Assembly: GCA_002633005.1 (NCBI GenBank)
Contig: NMRA01000451.1
Coordinates: 1 to 64,000, forward strand
Length of the DNA stretch: 64,000 bases
From: Phoronis australis
Taxonomy: Eukaryota > Animalia > Phoronida
Direction of reading: 5' to 3'
Positions within the stretch are counted from its first letter, which is position 1, and the number at the start of each line of letters is the position of its first letter. The notes under the pieces are model-generated. The model was not told the origin of the DNA. It saw only the letters and a program-made list of their open reading frames with translations, and searched no databases. Both the position numbers and the translations under genes were made by a program. Below, in pieces: positions 26,150 to 39,553 of the stretch.

Positions 26150-29100
26150 CTACAAAACGGGTAGTACGAATTTAAGGAAACACAGGTTACATCAGATATG
26201 CGTTCAAGTGGATGACTTTACTCAAGAAAAAGAAAATAACAGCAAGTGATAACTAGCAAATGGAAAAAGCACAACCTTCACGCACTCTAAACGAACAAGT
26301 TATTTTCCAAATTATACATGTGTGAGTAAATATTTACAGAAGGCCTGCCAAAAGGTAAAAATTAGAGCTTTTTCAAAACTGATAATCACCATCGTGTAAG
26401 TTTGATATAACGATACGATAAATGAAAAAAATTCCAAAAATAGACTTGCTGTGGTCCAACAAAGACTGAAATATAAAGTACCGTCATAAAGGTAGTACCA
26501 AAATACATGCTTGAATTATTAGTCTTTACTAAATCTGTGCTTTGTATAGTTATATTACTTAAAAAAGCTTGAGATTTGGACCACAGCGCAAGTACAAGTG
26601 AACAATCAGAATGAAACAAAATGATCTAAAAGTTCAAGACACGCAACTACTATCTCTTACTATCTTCAGCTTTGTGTAAACTTTTCAATGCACATTGTAA
26701 CATTTATAAGTTTTAACTTTTAGGAAGGAGTATTAGCCTAAATGACAACGCTGTTCTGAACAAACATCACTTAATCTGTGCTCTACATCAGTTTATGAAA
26801 TCGTTTATATGAAAAGTAATTTTAGTTGCCTGTACTGTATGCGATCTATTGAATTTCTCTGGGGAGAGCTCATTGTACTAGGTAACTTAATTGCCTTCAC
26901 CAAAGATCAGTTTGTAACCAATTCTCTGATTTATATCTTTGTTCCATAACTTCCCAAGACAAAAACCTGTTTTGAGTGTCTGACATATCGTTTACATTAA
27001 CTATGACGGCCTTGTAGGTCCCATTGAAACACGCAAATTTGCCATTAATCAAAATATTTCTATTTAATCAAGCAAAGTCTGCTCAAAATGCGCAATTAAT
27101 CAATGTTGACTATTTCAGTGATAGTTGCGTTAGAGAGAATTAGCAGCGGCGTGTCCCTGCCAAATGAAAGTCTACCTATTAACAGAACCTAACTACATCC
27201 GGTCATTCGGCAACCTACCAGACTCTACATTTGAAAACAAATGCCTCTGAACTCTGCCGTCTTTCACCTTATTCTCTCCAAAATTAGTAACTTTCTCAAA
27301 ATACCATGACAAAGGCTCAGAGACTATTAGATCAGTGGTCTTTTGTTTTCTGTATATCTGGACAGTTTAAAAATCATCAACTAAAACATTAATTTTGTTT
27401 ACAGTAACGCCTGTTGAAAGTGGTTGCAAGTTGCAAGCAAAATGTTTCAGATCTTAGAGAAAAAATGAACAACCCCACGACTTATCTGTAAGTATGAAGT
27501 CACTAAAATGATTTGAGGTACATGTAGCATGCTAATTTTTATTAATATGAGTGTGTATTGACTTAATTACATTTGGTGTTCAAAACATTAAATTAACCTT
27601 GTTGGTGGTATTAAAAATGTTTAGTGTCAGCTATGATCAAATTTAAATTTAAATTTATTCAGATTTTGACAAAATAATGTTTCAGTAATACATGATTTGC
27701 ATGCTGTCATTTTAAAATCATTCCTATCTAAAATGATTTTAAATTTTCCATCGACACAAAATAACTCAAATAGCAGTATCAAATATTCATTTCAATTTGC
27801 TTTAAAATTCTAAGAATTTGCAATTTATCATTGCAGATTGATCTGAGGTGACATAAGCAAGTTGCTCATGCACAAAAGGTCTTGGATAAGCCTGTGGCCA
27901 CATTACGGGATTGTTATATCAAATAGCCAATCAGGAGCTTCTGGGGGTTTCTTCTGTACCTGATTATGTTGCTAAGAACTCCCTGCAACAAACGTGGTAC
28001 CAGCCAAGAGTGTGAGGTCTCAATCAGCTAGCACAGAGGAGGCTACCATGATTGTAAACAGTTAGTAGTCCATCAGTCCTAGCCTCGCTTTGGATTTTCC
28101 CTTAATATTCATGAGGCAATATTAAGAAAGGTCTGTTGTCAACACGCTGCAGAAAACAATTGGAATTGGAGCAAGTCGGCTGGAAAAATAAAAATTGCTT
28201 TTAAGCAGTTTTTATTTTTTATTAAAATAGCCGTCGACCACAAATCTTTAGACGAATGATCCACTTTTCGAAAAACGGGATATCGGTGTGGACATTCCGT
28301 TGCTAGCACACTTTTTGCTTTCTTTCAGGAACGTCCGGGAAATACGTGAGCCCCTCCCCCTATTCTGGTCACCGATAATTAAAGTGCATTATGATATAAA
28401 GGAAAATTTGCTCTCACTCCCGGGAGGACGATGCACTGATTAACAATTGCAGAAAATCTACTTTTATGATCCCCATTTCTGTTCCGTGACTAACGAGAAA
28501 AAACGAGAAACGAATTTGGCCTTTGTGCTCATATTGGTGCTATCACAATATCCCTTATGTTGATAGATTTATATTTGTTGTTGGTTGAAAACACCAATGT
28601 CTTTAGAAATCACTTCGGGGTATACTGATGTTGTACGACTCAGCGAAATCGAAAGTGACGCATAGCATCGCCAGTGACTTGCCCTAGTAACGAACACAGA
28701 ATCGTTTCCCGTACTAGTCCGATCGATATAACGTGAGCAAAAAATACCAATTCGTTTCTCGTTTTTAGCCATTTAAAAAGACAAAGTGTACCTGTACGGA
28801 AATGTAGAAGCGTAGACAAATGTTCAAATTTGCTAAACTTTGGATAATCGTACATGTATCTCAGGAATGACTGATGGAATCCTCAACTAACTTACATATA
28901 CAGTGTACTATGTTTATGCACTATTCTCAAAATATCTTATAGGAATTTGTTCCTTAAATGTTGCACTTGTGCATGACGGATTCCATGACCTTGTTCGAAA
29001 AAAAAATAATTTTGATAAATCAATAACCTGAAATGATAATTTAAAAAAGTATCAACATTTTGAGATTTTGTATCAAGTGAAATTAGGCAATGCTATTACC

Positions 29101-29737
29101 ACTGTTATTTTCCTAACTAGGCAATGTGACCAAACTACTAGGAAATTTGTAGGAAGTTACAATCAAATTTGTTGTCTTTTCTCGCAAACATAGACATCAC
29201 ATTTGATTTAGGCCAGAACAGAAGCACGAACTTTAAAATTACCGCGTAAGTAAGTAAGAACATATCTATCCAACGCTTCGTTTATTACTCTAAACCATTG
29301 TCAAGGAAACAGTTCACAGGCTCAAAACAGGCGACACAGGTAGAGAAGAGAATGTACAGATACACGGCAAAATGCATAGTAAGGGGGAGAGACCAGAAAT
29401 CAAAACAGTTGGAGCTCAACTGAACCCATGTTTCTATTGAGGTAACGCTCAGCATGGTTCAACTTAGGATGCACAATTTCAATGAAACGGCATCTTTAAT
29501 TCAGTAAAATTACCTCTCACTTGTAACTTATCGATCTCCAGTTAAAATGAGGGTAATATGTCGTCGGTACCCTTTGACCTGGACATTGTAATCAGTAACC
29601 AGTGATAATCTATTTTAGCAGACTTATTTTATATATTTACTATATTTCTATTTTGTTTAAATTTTCAATTGGTTTTGAGTAAAAACATTTTTAGCGAGAA
29701 TAACTCGACTTCGGACGCAGAAAGTAGAATGTAGATA

Positions 29738-29792
29738 TATGTATGATGTATGTATGTATGTATGTATGTATATGTATATGTATATGTATATG
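29738..29792. repeat. (TATG)n/(TATATG)n microsatellite
   Basis: Read directly. Confidence 0.9.
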
Positions 29793-31452
29793 CATAGATT
29801 ACAGACAACAGGTTCGCAACTATCTGCTGCAGTTTCCGGTTAGTTTACTTTGACAGGAAATTCTCGCATCTACTTTACTGTCCAGATCAACGAAAAAAAT
29901 AGTAGATTCGGCATTGAAACGCTGTTCAAAGTCTTCCAATAGTAGAACTGTTGGTATCGTGAGTACTTTTGGCAATGCTACTGGTAATTAATTAAAAAAT
30001 TCAAACTTCGGTGCCTAGTGATTATGTCATCTGCTTGCACAATACTAAACAGCATAATTATCGGAGAGTATGTGATTCATGGTTCACATGGGCCTACTGA
30101 GAAAACTACGAAAGCATATTTGTGCACAAATTCTAAGGAGTACATGTGAATGCAAAGGATACTTATATAACGTTTTCTTTTAGAAGATTATTAATTTTGC
30201 TCGGATTAAAAAATGCGCCTCTGTATTGATTTCACTGGTTTAACCTTTGTATGTTTGCAATTCAACATTCTCAAGTGAGCAGTTCTTTTCTTGGAAGTGT
30301 TAAGTGGCCCCTAAAATGGCCGTTGGCTGTACTGTGCATCAGCTTTAGGTACTGTATGGCGTGAAATGGTTCTTAGAAGAACCGTTGAATAACAAGAGAA
30401 CAAATCACACAGTATACCGTGCTCATTCAGGTACTGAAGGTCCTCTTCATTTTAGTTTTCATCAGGGAAGGTTGGATGAAAACAGAGAAGATGACAATAT
30501 CAATGACAGTTGTAACACCTCAAATAGATATTACCGCTCCCCAACGTTATCACGAATCCAGTTCTTATCCCTGGATCCACAAGTAATCCTGAACCGTAAG
30601 GGAAAAAGACATACAACAAAAGGAATCAAATTTCGAAAATCATCGCTTGCGTACGATTCCGTGTTGCTGTCGCCAGGCTGATGTTCCTCCCCAACATCCA
30701 CGTCGGAAATCGACGTTGCGAGTGATGGAAACTTTGTTTCTAACTTTGATCCCATTTTGTAAGAAAGGGGTGTACTGATTTTGTCTAATGTTGATAGAGC
30801 ATAACTTTTGGTTTTTACAATGCATTAATCGTGTTGAATGCATTTATATTAAGTGGCCTCATTGAGCCTAACAGAAAATAATTAATTGTAACACAATAAA
30901 GTTTTGATAATACAATAGAACTGGACTCCCTAAGAATCAGGCTTGTTTTTCGAAATTTTGCGCCGTTGGTGATCTGATTGGTTCATGCACTTATGGTGGG
31001 AAATGATAGACCGAGTATTGTGCACGTGTGCACTGTAGCAACACTTAGTATCTTATTCTTAATTGGCCAATATGTTGATACAGTAAATTTCCTTATTTAT
31101 GCCCATCCTGGTTTGACCGCAACTTGAGCCTGTTAGGGTTCTACCATATTGGGGTCGGCATAGGGACTTCATTTCACCGACCATTTCAAATTGTGTAGGT
31201 GAAGTAAATAAACAAAGTGGATGATTATCATCACACGAATTTCATCATTAGTATCTCTTGCCGGGAGCTCAAATTTTCTTAGACCAGGGATTGTCACATT
31301 TGTAAGGTAGAAGTGTTTCGTTGGACTTTCTGGTCAGTGGCGTTATTTATACCGGACCAAAAGTAAAAACAGCCCCTTGTTTAAATTAGGAGCTGCATAA
31401 AAAATAATTGCAGGCGGTATGACACATGTTGTACATAGTTTAGTATGTAGAA

Positions 31453-31653
31453 CCGGCAGCGGATAAAGGGGTCCCGTTTTTTGTTTTATTTTTTTTTAAT
31501 CCACCGACAGATTTTCTGAACAGAAGGTCCACACCATATCCCCAACACCCGCAACTTTCAGGCCGCCTGTGCAAATACAATCGCGCTTTGCCCAATTCCG
31601 CGAGGCAACATGTTGCCCCCCCCTCTTCTTATGACATCTTAGATCCGCCACTG
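31453..31653. mobile_element. Degenerate CAGTGGCGGATC-family MITE
   Basis: Right end AGATCCGCCACTG intact; left end decayed. Confidence 0.5.
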
Positions 31654-31699
31654 TTATACCAGACGTGCGAGCGCATGTGGGTCCATTGCACTGATCAGT

Positions 31700-31865
31700 T
31701 GAAGCCATTTTTTATGCTTTATTATTGACATAGAGCTAAGCCGAGCTGAGAATCTTGAAACCTGATTCACGGGTTTAGCAGTTTGACCCAGTGGTATTCT
31801 AATCCACGACCTTGAGCAAAGAAAGCAGGCACCTATCACAATAGGCCACCCTGCCTCATCCAGGA
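31700..31865 (-). mobile_element. tRNA-derived SINE head (degenerate)
   Basis: Minus strand GGTGGCCTATTGTGATAG...GGTCGTGGATTAGAATACC resembles Pol III A and B boxes; similar relic at ~61400-61450. Confidence 0.4.
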
Positions 31866-32049
31866 GCTGCATAGGCTATAGGGTGTAATTTGTGTAGACG
31901 TTTCTCTGCGTTGCGAGTTATTGTAAAAATGGGTCAGTCTGTAGCCAACAACGGTAAATTCATAAAAGACTGCGTGCAGTGCAACTGAAGTTCATAAACA
32001 CTAGACTTCCAAAGGCTTGATCTGATTTGACATTTCACATGATATTTCA

Positions 32050-32795
32050 GAAGGACATTACTTAGTATCATTCTTGCCGAGAATGTCGTGAGAGGGCGGC
32101 TAGTTAACAGTGAAGTTCTCGAGCTGGTCTATGAAAATTATAGTGAGGGAGATGCTGTGATGTACACTGAAGGATCGGTTAAAAGAGGAAAAAGATCTGG
32201 ATGGGGCTATGTAGTCAAGGTGGATGGCAAAATAGTTGCAGAAAATGATGAGGCATACGAGAGCACGACATCTAGTATGAGGATGGAGGAGGTTGGTGCT
32301 TAAAAGGCACTTTCGTGGCTACAGGAAAGCACTTACATGTATACCTGCGCAGTTATTGTGACAGACTCTCAGAGCATGCTGAGAAAAATCGAAAAGGGAT
32401 ATCTCAAACCCGAGTGGCTGCTGTATTTACAAAACAGTGGACTGGGAAAGCTTACTTGGATATTCTCACCTGGGCATGCCGGGGTCGCCGGAAATGAGAA
32501 AGTTGACAAGTTAGAGGGAAATGCACCAATACAAGGCGCCCTCAGATTTGGAGAGAGTGAGATTCTTGGAGCGCTTAGAGACGTGGAGCCACATGAGAAT
32601 AGGGATGCATTTGACAGGATGCAGCTGTTTGGATATCAGAGAGGCTGTGGTGTTGGTAGCCGTTTGCATGGCCGGGCAAGACGACTCTGTAATCAGCAGT
32701 TCGGGCTGGAGTGGTTAGTCTGACTTGATGACGTGGAAAGCCGAGCATCTAGGGGTCTGCCGACGCTGATTCTGCACTCAAATAATACCCAAGTA
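32050..32795 (+). mobile_element. 5'-truncated LINE fragment encoding RNase H (I-group, Ingi/Nimb-like)
   Basis: YTEGS..SGWG..SSMRME, IVTDSQS, WIFSPGHAGVAGNEKVD; frameshifted; related to 58352-60052. Confidence 0.8.
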
Positions 32796-33449
32796 ATGCA
32801 CGGGTACCCTTTTGTTTTATTAGGAGTGGGATTGGTTCATTATGTACCCTAAAGGTTTAATGGCGGAAATTTAAAAATCATGCGTCCGCTTACAAAAAAT
32901 TAACATTGAAGAATAAAAAAAACTTCACACCCCTCTGGTGTTCTAGTCCCATGTTTGCAAATAAGTTGGTTGTTTTTTCATAGACTGCAATGGACTTGGC
33001 TAAGATGGTCTAGATATTTTGTGTGGCATACATTCGACATGAAGTGAGTGTGTATCCTGCTGTTGAATTGCGAGATAGATTTTGAGTAGGTCATTTGGTT
33101 ATTTCTGGGCTATTAATGTGATCTTTATTGATGTTAAAGGTTTTACCAGCATTCAATTTATTTGTACACGAATATATTAATCGACTATGTCGGTGATCCA
33201 AATCCCGACGAAATGTGCGCATTTTGCTGAGATAGTAACGGCCTGATTAGATCCAGCGAAGATGACTAATTTGGTTAATTTGCACACTAGACAGTACAGA
33301 GTGCTGTAAACAAAATCATATTTAACTAATCAGAATTTGAGAAAGTCCTTCCTGGTACACGTGGTAGATCCAGATTGTACGATCAACGCGGGGGTAACAA
33401 TGTGGGTAACCCATAGCTGACGGACAAAACGTACTAAATGTCTGCTTAC

Positions 33450-33464
33450 CTGGTCGTACCGGAG
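33450..33464 (-). CDS. 15-nt microexon, APVRP
   Basis: tctacttcttacag|CTCCGGTACGACCAG|gtaagc. Confidence 0.8.
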
Positions 33465-33876
33465 CTGTAAGAAGTAGAATCAGCAATCAAATTTCGGGAA
33501 TACAAGAAAAGGTTCACAGTATGATTAACATATTCACGTCTGACTTCAAGCAAAATCACAAAGTTTTAATCAATATACAAAACACGCGTTGTATGTAAAT
33601 CCCATTTGGACAGGATAACAAGATCGACCTTTAGCGTACGAGCGAACAAAAAACTCGACCGAACAACACACTAATGAGAACTAAAACAAACATAGACAAC
33701 ATTACTGTTTTTTGCTCCTCTCAGAATGATCATGTTTAAACGGATATATTAGTCTCCAATGGCTTGAGGTATTAAATAAAAGAATCTCAGTTTGTTGCTT
33801 TCATTGATCACACCCTGACTTAACCTGACAAGGTATTTGTAAGGAATGTTTGATTTACTACACATTTCGGGCTTAC

Positions 33877-33912
33877 CTTTCGTGGTTTTGGTCGTGGTCG
33901 TGGTTGTTGGAA
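33877..33912 (-). CDS. 36-nt Thr-rich microexon, VPTTTTTTKTTK
   Basis: cttgttttttccgtag|TTCCAACAACCACGACCACGACCAAAACCACGAAAG|gtaagc. Confidence 0.85.
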
Positions 33913-34961
33913 CTACGGAAAAAACAAGAATCACATTCTACATACACTGTTACCATGCAGCGAAACATTTTGAAGGGGTGGCATGCTCTTGAAGAAAATC
34001 AATGTTTTGATCCTCATATATAATCCATAACTAATTTGATTAATGAAAAAACGAATTCGACCTTTACCCTCTTAAAATTGGTATCGTAATGTCCCTTATC
34101 TTAATAGGCTAATGTTCCCCCTATACATGTAGTCCGAGAGCCAAAGATCATTTTCTTCTTAACCTGGATTTGCTGGAAAAGTTTTCATTATTTGGGGGTG
34201 TGGCAGTTGGTAACCCTCAAGCGTTTTTAAAATATGCAAATCAACGTCCCCGTTATGCAAATTGTTTGCTTATAAATTCCTTACTAAGCAGTGCATTTTT
34301 GTTTTCACCCATGTTTTTATTGTCAGCAAATTTTAGTGTAGGCTTTGAGGAGATACGTTGTGAATTTGCATAGTTTATGCAAATTGAGGCCGCCATTATT
34401 AAAAATTTTACTTGTTCAATAAGCTATGGTACCAGGAACCACTGGTGATTTGTCATATTTGTGCTTCTATGATCAATTATTTTAAAGAAATCTATTTGCA
34501 AGTTTTTTCATGATATATTTGCATACATAATGGTTATTAAGGTCACCATTTTTTCGAAATTATTTGTTTGCCTTTAACCTCCTTACCAAGAACTGCAGAG
34601 AGCTATTTAATGTTTTCGCCTATACCTCCATCATCAGGAAATCTAATAAAGCTTGTTTGCCGCCATTATTCAAAGTATAATTTGACTTATAGCTGAAGTA
34701 CCAGGCACCATAGACAAACTATACTTTTACATCTGCACCCGTGTTTCTGTTGTAAATGAACTTCATGAAATCCGTTTGCAAACTGTTGCATGATAAATTT
34801 GCATATCTTTCACAAATAAATGGCACCATAATTATACTGTTTCTGCTCATAACTTGTTTACGGGTATTCATGCAGATTATGTTAGTGTCATATCTCAGGT
34901 TTTCATGGTCATCATGAATTTGAATACTTCGGTCTCGGTCGACACGCGTAATAATGTCTCG

Positions 34962-37900
34962 TAGTCTAGTTGCCAGCCCAATAGCTCCCATAGTGAACCC
35001 TGCAATGTTGATTACTATAAAGTTTTTTTGTTGAAGAATATTAAGTATGATCAAGAGAAAAACATTAGCTTGGTTGCACTTAGTGCAACTTTGAGCATTT
35101 TTTGCAATTCAAGATGGCGGATTCTGCCATTTTGAATTTCGACCAACTTTGTTTTTTTCAACTTGATGACTAACAGGGTCATGTAATACATTGTTTATAC
35201 CATTTTCTGTGATGGGAGTCCATTTCAGGTGTTATTTTAGTAATACGGGGTAATCTTCAGAGGTCAAAGGTCAAAACTGCCTAGCAGCCTTCTGACATTT
35301 AGTTTTTATCTTCAAAATGCTCACTATTACATACATGTACTATAGTGGGTCAAACAGTTTGACACAAGTTTCATGAGGGTTGTATGGCATGGAAATGCAC
35401 ATACGCTCAGCAGTTCAATGCTCTAGTATGGTTACTGCCCATTACTCCAAAAATAGCTCTACTCCGAAGAAACCTACGTCTCCTCATATATGAACGCATT
35501 TGTTTCATTTGATAAAAAATATATGCACGCACCCAGTCTAAAATATGGGAGCTCAAATTTTTGGCAATGTGGACCTTTTACAAACTAAAAACATGGGAGT
35601 CAAAAACGGGATGTCACGTTCAGGGACATGAATTGTGTATTCGCGCCTTTTCAGTGGACTTTTGTCTCGTTTTCTCGGACTTTTTGTATTTTTGAAGCGG
35701 ACGTTTTTGCCCACGCATGTAATATGATACATTTTCTTTCGATCAAGTGAACTTCAAAAAAGATAGGATACAAGAGTTGTTAACTACCTGTACAAAGACA
35801 GTAATAATGGCAGAAATGAGTCATTGGACTTCATTGTCCAAATTTATTTTTGTGTCGGTATTTTGTTAGTTAGTAACAAAATAATAAGCCATGCGTGTAA
35901 TTTTGAGAAAATTTAGGAAGATCGAGTAAAAAAAGTTGCAGTAACGGTGATTTTTCGGAGTAGAGGAGCTTAGGAGTAGCTGTTTTTTCGGAGTGGTGGC
36001 ATGGGCCATCGGAGTATTAACCGGCTACACTCCAGTGTAGTCAACGGAAAGTCTAGAACCGATGCTCTGTAGGTTTACAATCTCTTTACAGCCATGTTGT
36101 AACTCCATGTCTACTCAAATGGGGCCAAGTCTTATGAAGAACTGTTGGTTTACCTAAAGATGGTCCTTCAACAAAGAGACCTGTTTCTTCGTAGCGGGTC
36201 ACCATAATTATGTACGGCAACTGCACTTGTGTAGCAGTCTTCAAAATAAACTAAACGACGTGGAAATTATTTTGGCCTAAAATACAATAGCGCCTCCATG
36301 CACGTTGTCTTAATTTTAACAATTTGCACGTTATTCCATTCATAAATAAACAATAAGTGACTAATCACAATAACGTCAACCTAAACTATGATAAAACTTT
36401 GACAAAATCGCGATAAGCATTCGATTAAGGTGCCAAACATTTCTGACAAGAACTTCATACCAAGTTTAGCAGCTTGACAGAGTTCTTTCGAGGTTTATTT
36501 TGAAGTTTGCTGTGTGTGGAATTAACGCCTGTCCAATAAAGTCTAAAAGCTCCACTCGAAGCTGCACACGTGGATGACAAGATTGCAGTACCTGTTGACC
36601 TATTATAATAACAGGCATACTGTATATCAAAGGAGTAAAAGGTTCTGGGGTTATAAGAAACCTTTTAATGAGAGCCGAGCAATTAAGTGGAGATCATAAG
36701 TCATGTGGAATGAAGGTGGTGAGGAGCAAACGTCACGTAGTGGAGGACAGGAAAAGACTAAGAACGAGAACGGAGTAGTGGACCTGAACGAGGATGACTA
36801 GAGAAAGGTTGCAGAGGAGTTAGAGAAGCGCAGACACCCGCTTACTGACCAGCTGTCATACCTCCATAACTTCTGCAATCACCGAGTAGATTCCAGAACG
36901 AACTGGCCATTGGGCATGAGCAGAGCAGTCAAGATTTTAAATTTTGGTAAGCAGTGAATGTCACAAAGCAATTAAGACAAAGTCAAAATGCTGGAGATGC
37001 TGAAGAAACGTGTACTGTCAAGGGAAGAACATGGCGTTGAAACTTTGTTCAGTTGCCTATTAGTCGTAAGACAGCAATGTAGCACTTAGCTGATATCTTT
37101 CAGTATAAACTTATTGAGTCCACTCCCTATAGCCCAGATCGGCAAATACAGCAGTGTGAGGAAGGGTGATAATGCCATTTTGGTCAAACATCTTCGATCG
37201 CATTATGTCACAAGTAATTCTGCTCCGAAGGTGGTGTTGGTTGGAGATTTAGGTAAGTCCCGGCACTCTACTAGCCTCCTACCCTCTTGCTTGTGAAACA
37301 ATTATTCGCTTTCCGGAAAAATACGACCACGAAGATCTCTACACAAAGGACCATGAGACGATAACATGAGGAAAAGTTGAGGAATTTATGCTAACCCCGT
37401 TTTAAAACATCCCTTTTGCCGCTAAACTATTCTATATAACGCTATGTTAAACAACCTTCTATTTGTATGAAGATATTCGCTTCTATACAACATCGAGTGG
37501 GTCAACAAGAGCCACTGTGTAAGTATACATTGTGAAGCAGATCTTGTATAGGTAAATGTTGAAAGTGATGGAAGAAGGCACCCACACCATCAGAATCACT
37601 TGTGACAACACTGACGTCTCCGATCTCTTGATTTATGGGACGTCTAATATGCCAGTAGACGCCAAGACTCGAATGGACAAGTCGAATGGTAGTTTTTCGG
37701 ACAAGTGCCGCCAACATGAGAGGTCACAAGGCGTAAGGGTATTGGACAGAGAAAAGTTCTTGGTTTGAACGAGCTGTCAGAGACGCCAATAACCCCTCTC
37801 TGAGTTGACACGGAGGAGTCAAATTGAACTTATCGCAGTCACTGACTCTTGGTCCATTACCTTGAAGCTGTTCTCCATGAACACAGACGCATGGGGTGGT

Positions 37901-38701
37901 GAAATTTTCTGGAGAACCAGTTAGTCATCAATCCTCAGTAGACGAAGACAGGTGGCTCCGCAAAGTCGGGAACTTTATTTTATTTTATAGTAAGTTCCAC
38001 AAGTCATAGTTTATGAGTTTTCCCTGGATTACCAACAGCGCCCATCCTAGTTTACGGATATGGAACCTGTACGGGTTACGCGTAATCTATACTCATACTC
38101 CTGTTCAGTATGAGAAGGCAGTGTGGCTTAGTGTCCTTCCTCTACGCAAGAATGTGTTTTCGAGTCACACGGGCCACCTTTATGGTCGCCTGAGACAAGT
38201 CTCTAGATACTGAGCCCTGTATCAACTAAATAAAGTATAAAGATGGTCCAAGGTGATCAGTGCGAAGGGCCTTTCTGAGCGGCATGCCTAGGTCTGGTAC
38301 AACAACATTTTAAACTAGTTATTGAGATGCTGGGAGGATATCTTATTCCAGTATTTAACTATCCCTTATTCTTTATATAAGGGAATCACAGAAATGACAA
38401 TTCCCGCATTGTCCATAAATTTAACATTCGTTGCGCAAAAGAGATGATTTTCCTTGTTTCAGTTCTACTTGACCTTCAACCTCTGATTGACCTGGACTTT
38501 GACCTTGCATCCATAAAATATTATCAGAATGGACTCTCCGTCCCAAAAAACATTGTAAACCATAAATTGCAGGATCCTACACGGTATCATGTTCAGATTG
38601 TGAAAATTAGGCGAAATTCAAGATAATAAATTAAATAAATTTCCAAAAGAAAACTTTACAGTATACAACATTGCAGGGTCAACATTTTGGCAACTAGACT
38701 A
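34962..38701 (+). mobile_element. Academ-type DNA transposon, internally decayed
   Basis: TIR TAGTCTAGTTGCCA / TGGCAACTAGACTA; 3-bp TSD TCG; residual LSPLP..SSVRKG and CEAD..TIRITCDNTDVSDLLIY motifs; empty-site paralog at ~8002-8085. Confidence 0.8.
35421..36034. mobile_element. Inverted-repeat element nested in the Academ
   Basis: Left TACTCC..CTCTACTCCGAAG motifs mirror right TTCGGAGTAGAG..GGAGTA motifs. Confidence 0.45.
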
Positions 38702-39538
38702 TCGTGGGATATTAGTTCATGTACGTCAATCTCAGTACGTTTTATGTATGGAAACGGGCGTAAGTACAAAGTTTAATGTTTTTAAGCAAAATGTACTTGA
38801 ACGTTTAAAGCCTGGAATCCAGTCTGATTTTACATATTTTAACTAAATACTCGAAGCGTTTTTATTAAAAAACAAATAGAACTTTGTTGACATCAAACCT
38901 TGTTTGGAGGATTTCAATCAGGCCTCGTTCTAGCGCCAGCAAATTTTTAATTGGCGTCGAAGTTTAGTGATAAAAGGAGGATTCAAGTTGTAAGAACTCG
39001 TTCAATGCGTCATAGATAGGACGTGATTTTTCTTGGTGGGTGGCCTTTCCCTGCAGTTGTCGTGTACCTTGCTTAAGGCGTGGTTAACCCTTGCCAATTT
39101 AGGAGTCGTCGGACGGAGTCTTCTAATGGTGCTTCAAGCCTTTGAGGGTTTTTGAGGGCTACACAGCATTATTTTTTCAGAGAACTAAGTGGGAAAGTCG
39201 TTTTAATGTATGTTAAGAGATAAAACCGGGTTTGGTGACAGTTTTTGTGTACGTAATCCACATACGTGATGATAGCAGTGGGCGGTAAGCTGTAGAACAT
39301 TTCGTGAGCACTTTCACATGGCAAACTATTAAAAGGGATGCAGTTTCTTTAAAAAAGTACGATGTTGATGGAGAATAAACTGTCGCATGCGTTGAGCAGT
39401 AGCTATATAGCGCTCTAAACAATGTCATAATGATTCTGCATGTATGTCCACCTTTGACGTAGAGGAAGGACACTAAGCCACACTGCCTTTTATGTGAACC
39501 TTTGGCTGACGGACAAAAAGTATCGAATACCTGCTTAC

Positions 39539-39553
39539 CTCGGATAGTCGGAC
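39539..39553 (-). CDS. 15-nt microexon, GPTIR
   Basis: ctctgtttcttgtag|GTCCGACTATCCGAG|gtaagc; flanks homologous to the 33450 exon. Confidence 0.8.

Noticed and set aside
26655-26680. 9-nt exon CTGAAGATA
   Set aside because: Purine-rich AAG acceptor without a pyrimidine tract
38114-39488. 32-bp inverted repeat pair as the TIRs of one element
   Set aside because: One arm is inside the Academ and the other outside, so they are more likely ends of separate copies
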